DNA of 64,000 nucleotides from Macrostomum lignano (Eukaryota): NCBI GenBank assembly GCA_002269645.1, contig NIVC01002410.1, positions 1 to 64,000 of the forward strand, read 5' to 3'. Shown piece by piece: positions 9,436 to 21,638 of this stretch (position 1 is its first letter; each line of letters starts with the position of its first letter). The notes under the pieces were generated by a model. It saw only the letters and a program-made list of their open reading frames with translations, ran no database searches and was not told where the DNA came from. The position numbers and the translations under genes were made by a program.

Positions 9436-11129
9436 TCTCGTAATTTGTTGCTAAAGTAGCTATAAGGCTATTGAACGCTTCAAGCAATGCTTGACATTTC
9501 AAGCATCTCATGATAGACGCTTATTTGATCTCATCCTTGTACTAAAACGAATTATAAAGTACTATTCCGTAATTCGTATATTATCGAAGCTTAATTGTAC
9601 ATTATACAATAAATTGTCGTTAGCTAGCTTATCAAGTAAGTAAGTTTTTCAATGGAATTTTTATTTATTTATCATCTGTTTGAGTAAAACTTCTCTCCGT
9701 GAACTTTCGACGAGTGAACTCCTTTAATTCAGCACAGTAATTGCATCAAATTGCTGGTTAACTACGAGTAGTATTTAACTAAATAGAGCGAAGCATTTCG
9801 TCGATGAGCTGGCCATCTTTCACACAGGATAATGCGCGCATAATTTTGAATGCAAGTAATTTATTAAACAGCTAGAAATACGAGCTAGTAAGGCTGATGT
9901 GACTTGGCGCAAACTGTCAGTGTATCGCTTTCACTCATATATCAGTTTGTAACTGTGCTTGTAAGTCTCGCGGCAATCGAAACAGTACATTCTGTGGGAT
10001 TCTAAACAGGTGCCAAAAGGAATTTCGATGAGAAAAACGACAGCAGATGATAAGCTAAACTCGCTTTTTTGGTGGTAAATATCCATAAGGATAAGCCATA
10101 GGTAAGCCATAAGGCTTAACGATGTTTTCCCTTAAATACGTCTAGATCTTTTTTGCTAGTCAATGCTTTCTTTTGCAGTGACAATATATGCATGCTCATA
10201 TTAGGTTTACGCTCTTGGCACTACAAGCTGAGAATGAGAGAAGAAGATTTAGCTTTCATCTGTCAATTTCTTGTCAATCATTCCCATCCCCTTCTCTCCT
10301 CAATAGATGAAGGATAGAACGCCTTGCAGCCGCAAGCAAGCGGGTGTCAGTGTTCAACTGTCCATCAAGCCCGTAGGCTCAGCCTAAGCGTAGGCGTAGG
10401 CCCGCCCGACATCCTCGACTGGTGAAAAGCTCGGACTTTTAATAGGATATCGATCCTCCGTGCCCGCCAAGCTGACTGGCCTGGCTGCAAACTGGCCTGC
10501 CGCAAACTGGGATGGAGAATGCGGCAACTCAGAGAGGTATTGAGGCCAGGAGAGAGAAAAATTGCCAGGTGGAAGGCCAGTTTGTCCGGAGATTTCTGTC
10601 GCCTCGCCCCCTTCTCAACCGCCTCCTCCTCCTCTCTCACTTGCTTCCCATTCTGATTTTCCTTAATCCGCCTCTCCAAGACGAGCAAGCGCTCACTTCT
10701 TGGCAATTGTAAAGTGCTCTCCAGCAGATTAAGGCCCACCGCGAGTATGAGAACCGCAGTGTGGCCTTGCATATTGCTCCATCTAAATCACTTCACACAA
10801 TCTGGATTCTCTTGGAGTCATTTTCTCTTGTTGCCTTTGTATCAACTTTCTCTCAGGCCACCTTACACCTGTACACAATGTACGCTGGAACAATGCTGCT
10901 GGCCTCCGCTCAGTTCTCTTTTTTTCGCAAAGTCAACAAGCAGATTTTTTACAGTGTGGACACAACATCGCCGTCTGAGCAAGGCGGCCGTTCATTGTTG
11001 TGGGATTAAGCAGATTTCTTTAGACGGGCCAGATGGTCTGAGCCACCATGCCAGCAATTGTTTGACCTGAAGCTTTCTTCACGATGAGGGTATGAGGGAA
11101 TATTTTATTACTTCGGTACTTTAGGATTA

Positions 11130-11400
11130 ATTTCAAGAGTTACGCTTGTGCTCGCAGGTCAGGTGGCTCGCTGCGTCAACCCAGCCCCCCCTCCCCGTTG
11201 CGCCATCTGTGAGCAGCAAAATTGATTGCCAGATGGAGTCCACGACTGCGATACAGGTCGCGTGGACGGGTCTGACGGTGCAGCAGGCTAGCGTGCACGC
11301 CAACAACTTGCTGTTCGAGCGGCTCTCGGTGTTGTAAAGCAGGACGGCTTCGACTACCACGTCTGGAACAACGTCGCTACCTGGCGGTCAGGTACATGCA
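11130..11400 (-). mobile_element. Decayed non-LTR retrotransposon fragment (same family as 11790-12700)
   Basis: Encodes VVEAVLLYN, and shares tacctgaccgccag with the + strand copy at ~12235. Confidence 0.6.
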
Positions 11401-11789
11401 GGGACTCCGTTGCAATATTACTATCACCTGTCCATCAAGTATTATATCTAATGAAATTCCATGCCTAAATTTTTTACCGAGACCTGCCTGAGAATGTTGC
11501 TGCCAATCCTATCGAGGGTTACTAACAGTAGTACAAGTGGAATTTTTTACTTTTTTCTTTTTTACAGACTAGACGAGACTGTGCAATTTACGCATGCAAA
11601 AGACCGGATGATCTGCAACTATGAGACTGTGTCGAAACTGTGCAACGAATACAGTATATCATTCTAGAAATTCACAAGAACCGCTGTATATATATATAGC
11701 TGTATAGCTATAGCTATACGCTCGTATATAGTGGTCCTTGGAAATTCATTGAAATTGAATTACTGAATAGTACATACAGTACAGTATAC

Positions 11790-12700
11790 AACACCGGAGG
11801 GCGGACGACCTATAGATTGGACTTTTTTGAGACATCATCTGGGGTGCTTCAGGGAGAAACGCTCTCGTCGTTCCTGCTCGTCGACTGGGTGCTGCAGATT
11901 GCTCCTCTTACCTGGCTTTCTGTTGCGGCGATGCGTGGGTCGACGACAACTGGAGAGGCAGTAGGTCAGCGTGCTTGTCTACGCCGATGATCTAGCTCGC
12001 CCTGATGTCCTCAACAGCCGAGGACGCCCAGCAAAAACTGGACCGGCTGGTGAGCGTTGCGGCGCGTATCGGCCTGCATGGTAGTCAACACGCAAACAAT
12101 CGTCGTGCTGTACGAATCGGACGCCATCGAAGCTGCAATTTTGTGCCGAGGCGTAGATTGGCAGGCGACGGATCTTCCGCACGTTTTCAGGAGTTCATCT
12201 ACCTTGGCTGTCTGGTTCCTGGCGCCTGCGAGCACTACCTGACCGCCAGAGGGTAGGTGGTGGTCGAGACCGTCTGCTGTACGTAGAACGTTGACACCTG
12301 GATACTGACGGACTCGCTCAAGCAATAAGTATAGATGCGGGGTACGCTGGCCTGCTGCGCGCTGCCTTCAAGATCAGTGCAAGGACCACTAACATAGGTC
12401 CTTGGATTAGTGATGAGCGAGGAGTCACCCCAACGCGGCAGTGTATTGCCGGCGTCCTAGCTGGTGGCCGTCCAAGTAATCTTTTCGCCGTCTGAGACAC
12501 CCAGCTGGCAGGCCACATCATCCGCTCCGAATCGTACTCCCTACAGCCGCTGCAGACATCCCTACCGTTGGGGACAGGCACGCACTCGACGTGATCGTCG
12601 GCTGCCTGCTGGCTGACGCACGCCCCGGATTCGGTCGGCAGCGAGGCCTTCGTTCACGACCTGGCCCAGAGGGCGTCCAGTAGTGACGCCGCCTTCGAAA
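11790..12700 (+). mobile_element. Decayed non-LTR retrotransposon (RTE-like) reverse-transcriptase fragment
   Basis: FETSSGVLQGETL at ~11826-11865, VYADDLA (YADD 11980-11991), QEFIYLG and ETV..Y..TW.LT, with multiple stops and frameshifts. Confidence 0.85.
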
Positions 12701-15202
12701 TGCTGATGGCGTGTTTTGTGTTGTTTCATAAAATCCTTATATACTAAAAATGAACTTATATACTATCGCTCGTACAAGTTACGTATCGTATAACGATTTT
12801 AACATTTCATTGACAAAATAAAATTGTATCATAGACAAAATACAAAATTAGCGTTCGTCTCGTTTCATAGAAATACATGTAACTTAATTTTTATACTACT
12901 TGCGACATTCTCGGATTAATTGATTGTTCAATTTAGTGATGTTACTGTACATAAAACCGCTGAGTATATTCTCTGAGTACTACAGTATCCTAATATCTTT
13001 TAATATTATCGCTTTGTTTGCCTTGGCTCAAACATTATGAAGCAATAGGCCCTAATGAGTAATGTTAATAAAAAACAACTCAGAATTTCTTTTTAGTTTT
13101 TGCCAATTTCCTATGCTATAAATAGCCTAATATGTAATATAGTCTTAATAATATAGGCCTAGACATAGTAAGTAAAAATATTGAATCTATATTAGTATAT
13201 AGTAGGATGCTATTCCTATAGGCTATACCCATAGATCATGGCAAATATCTATTTGCAAATGAATTGCAATTTTGAAATTTCTAAATTTTGCTAGGCCTTT
13301 TTTGCAAAATATCTAATGGCAAATAAAATTAGTTTCCTAGTCTAAAAGTTACATAATTTCTTTTCCTTTTTTGTTCTAAAAATTGTACTCTAGGTTTTAA
13401 ATGACTATGGCATTGTGATTTGTGACTAGGCCTAGGCTAGGATCTTTAACATTGCTGGGCCTTCAATACTATTTTATCTTTTATATAATTAAAATGTCAT
13501 TAATATAAACATCTATATAATACCTATGCCCACTAGGCCCCTATTGCAACCAATGCTAATGGCTATTATCATGGGAAGCATCTGGTACTGGTATATATTG
13601 GCATTGGCCCTTAGGCCTTAGTGGTACAAGTGTAGTCTAGATGGCTAGGCCTAGCTTATTAAGTTCAATAAAGGGGGCATCTAGTGCAGTCCTTAGCTAG
13701 GGCCTATGCCTATGGCTATGGAAGTATTTAAATAATAGTATGAAAATATAAGCTATTATTTAGCAAATTAAGCTTATCTACTTAGCCTAGGCTACATATT
13801 TTAATTTATTTTAAGCCTAGTTTTATATAATACAATTTTTATTTTTTAAGATTGAAAGTTTTTTGGATATTATTTTTAGGCATATAATATCATAGTTCAG
13901 ATCATGCTAGGTGTACACCTACCCAAACTTTCAATAAAAAAATTCAAAAATTTTTATAAAAATATAAATGCACACCAAAAAATTGAGTGCATGCCCATTT
14001 TCAAAACTAAGACAATGTTGCAACAATAAAGGACCTTTTTGTTGTGACAATAAATGACCTTTTTGAATTGTCTAATTGACCCTTTTTGGCAAATCATTTG
14101 GTTAATTTTTATACTTTTTTCAATGTCAATTGTAGTCATGTAATCAATGTCAATTTCCTAATGTCAATGAGAAAATCATTGATAATGTTACTTTTCATAA
14201 TGCAAAAAAACGATATATGCAAAGATTTGTTTAAATGCTTTATTACAAGCTTTAAAAACCTAGAAAACTTGAAATTTACTCTTAGAAAATGAACCTTTTT
14301 TATCTTTTTTTCTATTTTACAATAACTCTTCCATGTGATTCTATGAAGTATATGCCAGGTATGCATGCACACTATTTTCTTAGGAATGATGCATACCAAT
14401 TGTGCCTGTCTACTTTTGGCATGCAAGGCCAATACATGCCCAAATTTTAATTTTATATGCCCAAGAAAATGTGACTTACCTATGAAGGAAACCCTAAAGT
14501 AAAATTATTGCAATTTTGGGTAAATGGCAAAAGTAACTATAATAGTCTTTATGGTTAAATGCCTTGTCATCCTTGGTCCCCTGGTCTATTGTAATTTACA
14601 ATGACTGGATTGACCAAAAATTATATTCTTTTAAAAATATTTTCTTGTTGGATTTATTTATTCTTGCAATTATCAGTCTTGTTATTTATTGATTTAATTT
14701 CTTTTATGTCAATATAGCTGGTCTAAAGGCTAATAGCCTTGTAATAGTTTATAAGATATTGAAAAATCTATCATAGCTATATATATGACTATAGAAAATT
14801 ATAGGCAGTTTAAGATAGATTAGATAAAATGTACATGGATGTATGATATGGTTATATGAATGCATATTTCCCATACCAAGCTCCTATATCTATTAATATT
14901 GATGACACAAAACTAAGACTTAAAAATACTTTAAAGATCATTGAAGCCCTTGATTTAATGCATGGAAAGGGTTTAGAACAATAGAAATAAATTAAAGTCA
15001 GTAAGCTACAACTATGGATTAAGTTAAAAAGTATCAATATTTGAAAAAGTTCTTAGGCCTAACACTAAAAAAATAAATAAAAAATATTGAGAAAAACACA
15101 CTACAATTTTATATAATCCAGATATATAGGCATTGGATACAGATATGGGAAAACAGCTGACTCCTGACTGTGTAAGCAGTTTCATTGTGTACTCTATCCC
15201 TC

Positions 15203-17320
15203 ATGGCTCTAGTCAATCAGCAACGCATTCTAGCAGTGGACGCGATCCGCTGCCCAGCAACAATCATCCTACGCAGCCGCCGCGCCAGTCTGTGCAGCCT
15301 CAGCCAGGCGCAGAAGGACCGCGTGGCCGGCGGGCCGGGCCTGGAGGATTTCCTGCCCAATGCGCAGCGGCCTCCGGCGCGGCTACGACTGCCAGACTGG
15401 CTTAAGCGGGAGATCCCGGCTGGCGGACAATTCGCCAAGATGCAGCGCAGCCTCCGTCAGTTGAAGCTGCATACAGTGTGCGAGGAGGCCCGCTGTCCGA
15501 ATATTGGCGAATGCTGGAGCGGCGAGGCGGCCACGGCCACCATCATGCTGATGGGCGACACTTGCACCAGGGCCTGTCGGTTCTGCTCGGTCAAGACCAG
15601 CCTTAAGCCGCCGCCGCTGGATCCGATGGAGCCTGCCAACACCGCCAAGGCTGTGGCCGGCTGGTCCGGTCACTACGTTGTGCTGACCTCCGTTGATCGG
15701 GACGATTTAGCTGACGGCGGCGCCGGACACATTGGCGCCACCGTGTCCGAGATTCTGCGCCTAAGGCCAGACATGCTAGTCGAATGCCTGGTGCCGGATT
15801 TCCGCGGCCGGCCAGACTGCATGGAGACGGTGGTTTTAAGCGGACCGCAGGTGAATCATTCATTCATTTATTAATAGATTATTATTAATTCCCATTAATA
15901 ACGCTGGCACCTGAGCACGTATACGTATTGACTTTTGAGTGACGCACCTTGCAGAGTTGGGCTGGTTGAGGAGGGATAAGGAAGAGCGGAGGGCGGAGGT
16001 TTGATGGATTCATACATGCGCAACCCCCTGATTTGCACTGGGCCGTGCGACTTACCTGTAAAAAATACCCTCAAAATTAACGCAATTTTGGGTAAACGGC
16101 AGGAGTAACTATAATTTAATGTTTTTAATAAGACTAAATGCCTCGTCATCTAATTAGTACTCAGTCTGTTTTTGGTGGGCATTTTTGCGACTCGGCCAGG
16201 TGATGGACGCTGGTCGGAAGACACTGCTCACTGGGGCAAAGGGTGGCCCCATATCGATCCAAAGCTCCTGGCACGAGATTCGGACGAGTTTGCCGCTTAT
16301 TTGCTAGGCAACTTCGCCTCCTATTAGCTGTGTTCTTCATCACCTCGCGTATTACATAATAGTAGGCAAAGTTAAGATAGAGCACGAAAATTCACTTGGA
16401 GGTTGTCGTGCGATTCACAAGGGCCAACCCCCAAAGGCACAGAAAATGTACTTGCCTGACGATTTCAAAGTCAGAGCCGGTGTACACCCTGTGTGAGTGC
16501 GTGCCTGTGTACAGTATTGGCGCGCTTGCATGTGCTCGGTAGTCAGCGGAATTTGCAGAATTGCCGTCTATGCGCTGGTTGCTGGGCGATGTCGCAGAAA
16601 GGTATTGCGCCAGGGTGCCCACAAGCCGTCTTGCAATTTTTTTCTCACTATCTGTCATAGGCTACTATAAGTAGTAAAAATAGTCCCACCGATTCAAATT
16701 TAGTTATAGTTATAGTTTGGAAGATTTAAAGTTATTTTTTAACTAAATGGGGCTACTGGTTTGTTTCAGTAAGAAGTTAAGCAGCGTTTGGCGCGGTTAG
16801 TACACAGCAGAATAGGCTGCTTGCATCACCCCCTCTTGAAAAGCAAACAGTTGCATATGGTAGGGTATACTATTGCTATGATATTCACTCAACACGCTCC
16901 CAGGTGCTGGCCCACAACCTGGAGACAGTTGAATCGCTGCAGCGCCTTGTCCGCGATCCCAAAGCCACTTATCGCCAATCGTTGGACGCGCTGAGCCACG
17001 CGAAACGTTGCCGACCGGACGTAGTGACCAAGAGCAGCCTGATGCTCGGGCTCGGAGAGACGGACGATGAGATTCTCAAGGCGATGGAGGACCTGCGCAG
17101 CGTGGGCGTTGAGGCGCTCACCCTGGGCCAGTACGTTCAGCCAACTAAGCGGCACCTGAAGGTGCGAGATTACGTCACACCCGAGGCATTCAAAAGCTGG
17201 GAAGAGCGCGGCAAAGCTATGGGATTTCTGTACGTGGCCTCCGGTCCCCTGGTTCGATCGTCTTACAAAGCTGGCGAGTATTATCTGGCTGCTGTGGTCC
17301 GGCAGAAACGGGGGGATTAG
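15203..17320 (+). CDS. LIAS: Mitochondrial lipoyl synthase, join(15203..15850,16904..17320), 354 aa
   Basis: [12 protein letters not shown] (CX4CX5C), CTRACRFC (radical SAM), HNLETV, RSSY; GT-AG intron in phase 0. Confidence 0.96.
16395..16650 (+). mobile_element. SINE family B body (copies also at ~38225-38400 (-), ~39470-39640, ~47110-47360, 49431-49760)
   Basis: Shared gggcca(a/g)cccc..gcacag..tgtaca..ccg(c/g)tgtacaccctgtgtgag..gcgcttgcatgtgctc..gcggaat..gcagaattgcc. Confidence 0.75.
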
Positions 17321-17939
17321 ACGTTTCCAAAGTAATGAGCAGGAAATTTGTGGCCAGTGTCGCTTTCTGGTCTTTTTAATTAAAAATTACAGAAAAATGC
17401 TTATTTGGCTACTAAAATGAGTAGGTGAATTTTCAAGTGAGTAGGTTATTTTGCTTTTGTTTTCACTGTTGTAATCATTTCTAATTAGAGTCGACTTGAA
17501 ATGACCCCTAATTTTTTTTCTTCAACAGAGCCAACAAAAAAACAGTGATTCTTAAGGACTAGGAGTAAATTAAAGACTTCTACATCTGCTCTGTGTAATG
17601 CGCTGTGTAAATCCGTTTTTCTTATCATAAATATGTAGAGAATTTGCATGCCACACTACTTACCAATATTTATCTCTAGTAGTTGTAGTTGTATTTGTGC
17701 AGACTTGAATCGTATTGGATTTGTGAAATACATTACTGGCAAACTGGCAAATATTTTTTCTTGCGTCCAAATTATTCAAAGCAGAACAATCCTGGCGAGC
17801 TTAACTTTCGGTCTAAATTAATTGAACCATTTTTTAGAATTACCTGGGCAATAAATGCTTGTGACTTTTACAGTGTCGTATTGATTAACCAGTTTTGGCT
17901 TATGGTACTAAAGATTTAAAATTTCATTTTTAGTATATT

Positions 17940-18234
17940 GATTATCTATCTATCTATTTATCTATCTGTCTGTTTATCTATCTATCTATCTGTCTGTTTG
18001 TCTATCTATCTATCTATCTACGAGATCTACTCGTATCTATGTATCTATCTATGTATGTACATGTATCTATCCATCTATCTATCTATCATCTATCTATCTA
18101 TCTATCTATCTACGAGATCTACTCGTATCTATGTATCTATCTATCTATGTACATGTATCTATCCATCTATCTATCTATCATCTATCTATCTATCTATCTA
18201 TTCTATCTGTCTATCTATGTATCTATTCTATCTG

Positions 18235-18296
<62 letters not shown>

Positions 18297-18300
18297 ATCA

Positions 18301-18359
<59 letters not shown>

Positions 18360-18363
18360 ATCA

Positions 18364-18420
<57 letters not shown>
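17940..18420. repeat. (TCTA)n microsatellite
   Basis: About 480 bp of TCTA repeats with an internal ~70-bp duplication. Confidence 0.98.
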
Positions 18421-19576
18421 AATTTGCTGGCAGTCAAATGTGCTTACTACCTGTACATATATTTACACGCAACTATCTATTTGCATGTACTCGTACGTAC
18501 TTATAAACATGTATTTCTCGACTAGCTTATTTACTGAGTTGCTGGGCGCCTTCAACGGTTGAGAAAATACTCGTAAGGTCAAGGAAATCATCGGGATGTG
18601 GACGTGAATGTGGCGCCTTGCTTAGCAACCCAGCAAAGCTAGGGTGCTTTAAATTAGCGGCATTGTGGTAAATGAAGGGCCTCTAGGACTGCAGGCACTG
18701 CCGTCATAGAACGAATGGCCACCCACGGCGACTCCGCAGACCCTCGCGGACGTTGCGGAAAAAAACGTAACAAAACGTAACGACTACCATGAATTTTACT
18801 ATACGAATAAAAGTAATTTACGAGCAATAACGAATTAAGACAAAAAGGTTTTTTGTTTGTACCCTCCGAGAAAGCTAGTAGAAAACAGTATTTTCAAAAA
18901 GAGATTGTTAAGCATGTATGAATTGTTCATCAAGAGAATATTGGATGTTCGACTTTGTCTTTTAGAGTCATCACATTCTACAGTAAAATATTTTCGATGC
19001 ATTTATTAATAGCTTTTGTACCTATTATTAGGAAAACGATTTTGGAATTCTTGAGTTACAATTAGCCATTTATTGTAATTTTCTAATATTTGAATATCCG
19101 TGTTCCACGTGTAGAATTGATTCATATTCAACGCAATAAGAAATTTAAGCCCGTATAGATGCATGCGAGTGTGTAAAGTATTCATACTACATAATTCCAA
19201 GTAGAATCTCCTTTAACAACTGTATGAGTCGCGCTAGTTTGATACTATATCATTGACAGTCTTGACTGTTAATTTTGGTCGCCTATGAAGGCTTTATGGC
19301 GGATCAACAACAAAGTTTGTTTATTCAATTCTTGAACAAGCTGACAACATCTTGCACGCGTGTACATGGTGTAAATTAACTTTGTTTCCGATTTCCATAT
19401 TTGGCTTGTTATTATTTCACGATCCAAGCACCTATAGATGTTGACATCCGCGTGCTCAATTTGTCTATATATTTGAAGCATCTTGCAGCCCTTCCAAGAA
19501 TCTTCATCCGAAGATTTAATTCTTTCTCTATTTAACTATACTTGAAAAGCTTAATTTGAGCTCTCAAACCTAAGAC

Positions 19577-19933
19577 ATGAAGTCTCTCTGCCTGCTCTTC
19601 CTTCTGGGCGCTGCTGCCGCCTGCCTGATCGGCGTTAGCCAGCAGCAGCAGCTCTCCGACGGTCCCACCGCCACCCGGACGGTGCTGCCGCTTGAGGTCG
19701 AGGACGAGGAGACGGCCAAGGTGCTGGCCAACCCGCGCCTGATGCGTCGAATTGTTGCCAACGCTACGGAGGCGCATCTGCATCATCACCAGATGTCGCG
19801 GGCCAAGCGAGGTCTGTACCGTGTCTGCGTGTTTCGCTGCCGATCCACTGCCATGCAGTGCTACGAAGCCTGCGGCCTCAATGCTGACGGCTGCTGCTGT
19901 GCCGTCTGCTTCTTCTTGAGAACCACTGATTGA
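19577..19933 (+). CDS. Secreted prepropeptide with 40-aa 8-Cys mature domain
   Basis: Signal peptide MKSLCLLFLLGAAAACLIG, acidic pro-region, furin site RAKR (aa 75-78), mature GLYRVCVFRCRSTAMQCYEACGLNADGCCCAVCFFLRTTD. GC-rich codon usage like the other host genes. Confidence 0.8.
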   Translation: MKSLCLLFLLGAAAACLIGVSQQQQLSDGPTATRTVLPLEVEDEETAKVLANPRLMRRIVANATEAHLHHHQMSRAKRGLYRVCVFRCRSTAMQCYEACGLNADGCCCAVCFFLRTTD

Positions 19934-21638
19934 TTAGTCCGCTGGGTAGTAGTAATTCTTATTGGACAGTTGCTGCACTTTTATAATTGGAACCTAGAAA
20001 ATCTTTGCACCTAAATTTTACTCGAGTTTTCTCGACTTGTTTATTCGCGAAATCCTATAGCTATATAGCTGTCTTGGTGAAGCGGATTGAAAGTGTTTAA
20101 GCAAATAATTATAAATACATTTATATAGACCGGACGAAAGAATTATAAGTCCTATCCAATACATGTATAGGTGTTATTAACCTTTTACATGTAAAACTGA
20201 AATAGATTTTTTTCTATAAGAAAGCATGAACTTTTGAAACACGATATAACATCATGATAGCCATGGATGTGCCTGCGCACGTATAGATTCACAATTCAGA
20301 GATCCCAAACGTGAATGTACATGCAAGCTATACTTACTAATATATTTACTTTCAACATAGTGGACAATTGAAGTAATGTTTGTCGCAACTGATCGAGCAA
20401 CCCTATATAGAGCGCCCACCGCGTGTTCGGGTGCGCGGAGCAAAATAGCTGCCATAGTGCAAAATTTGAGCAATAATATATTTTTTAAACTTCAATCTAT
20501 TTGTTATCAAATCCGAATCGGAGTTATACCCACCCTTTCCAAAATCCTACTGATGCATATCCGAAATATGTCTTTCGAATTCGTGGACTAACTCCAAATA
20601 GAAGGAGCACAAAATATGTTGGAAATACAGAGCCTGATGCATGATTTCAGTGCTACAAAAATGCTTTTGTCTTTCTACATTGTCAGTCCTCAATGCAAAT
20701 TGCAGGTAATGTACCGCATTATGACATTTGTTTTAATGGTTTTTAAATGAGCGTGCCTGAGTTGTTGGTGTCGGATTCAACATGGATTGGTTGCACGCTA
20801 TTTCTTCGAAGTTGGCGTACAGTTAGTTAGGAGTTAACCCTCAAGTCTGTTAATGAGTTAGTTATCGTGGTGATTTCAATTTTTATTTATCATCTTGTTA
20901 GTTTTAGTTTAAATTTAACCGATAGACTAGGCCTATCAAAATTTTATGGTATTTAATAGCATCTTTTAGAATTTTTTACCCAGAGAGAGAGAGACAGCTA
21001 GTTTTATGAATTTTTTGACGTTTTATTTTGGCTTACTGTGGTTTATGAAAGATTGGTTATTTGTGCAGAGTTTTCGAAAAAATTCTTTCTAGTTGTTCTA
21101 TATGCTAGGACATAAAACAAGGATCATAGGTTATTTCCCTACAGATCATAATCTGTCTATGTCTAAGTATGTTTGTTGCAAGTATAAAATGCTTCTTGTA
21201 AGTCGAATTTGCAAGAGTAAACTGGAGATTAAATTAAATTAAAGTATTATTCTCATTTTGAATTACAATTTTATGCCTTTTTATTTATGGAATTCAAAGT
21301 AATATTTCGGTATGCATATTGCTATATATAAAATGTAGATTGTGTATTATAAGAGAAATGAGTCCAAATTAATAATATCCCATTATACTCAGTTAGTATA
21401 TGATTTAAATATATAGAAGTGTGCTGGCAAAGTTGAATATTGCAACAAGTTACAATTTTTAGACAAACAATCTTAATATAGCACTATTGTTTTTTAGAAT
21501 CAAAAGTTTGATTTGAGTTTTACCTTGAAAGTTTTTCTAATGCTATGTTTAATTCATTAAATAAAAGAATTCATGAAAACCTTTAGTTGCAGCTTGAAAT
21601 ATAGGCAAAAGATTTTAAAAAACAGCAAGCTATTCACC

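Noticed and set aside
10300-11070. GC-richer segment with several overlapping ORFs
   Set aside because: No recognisable motif or consistent exon structure in any frame; possibly a decayed TE.
12720-12900. Second Polinton-like end ...TTTTTATACTACT at 12900
   Set aside because: Only ~12 bp match the 9203 terminus, no matching AGTAGT end with a TGCGAC TSD was found, and this is expected by chance in AT-rich DNA.
16140-16327. Signal-peptide-like stretch followed by ...AHWGKGW... in the LIAS intron (nested neuropeptide?)
   Set aside because: No ATG, an in-frame TAA interrupts the hydrophobic segment, and there is no proper dibasic amidation site.
18522-18642. Loose hairpin (ttgctggg/cccagcaa, ggcgcc) suggesting an ncRNA
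   Set aside because: Short stems, a large loop, and no snRNA/SRP/RNase P or SECIS signature that I could recognise.
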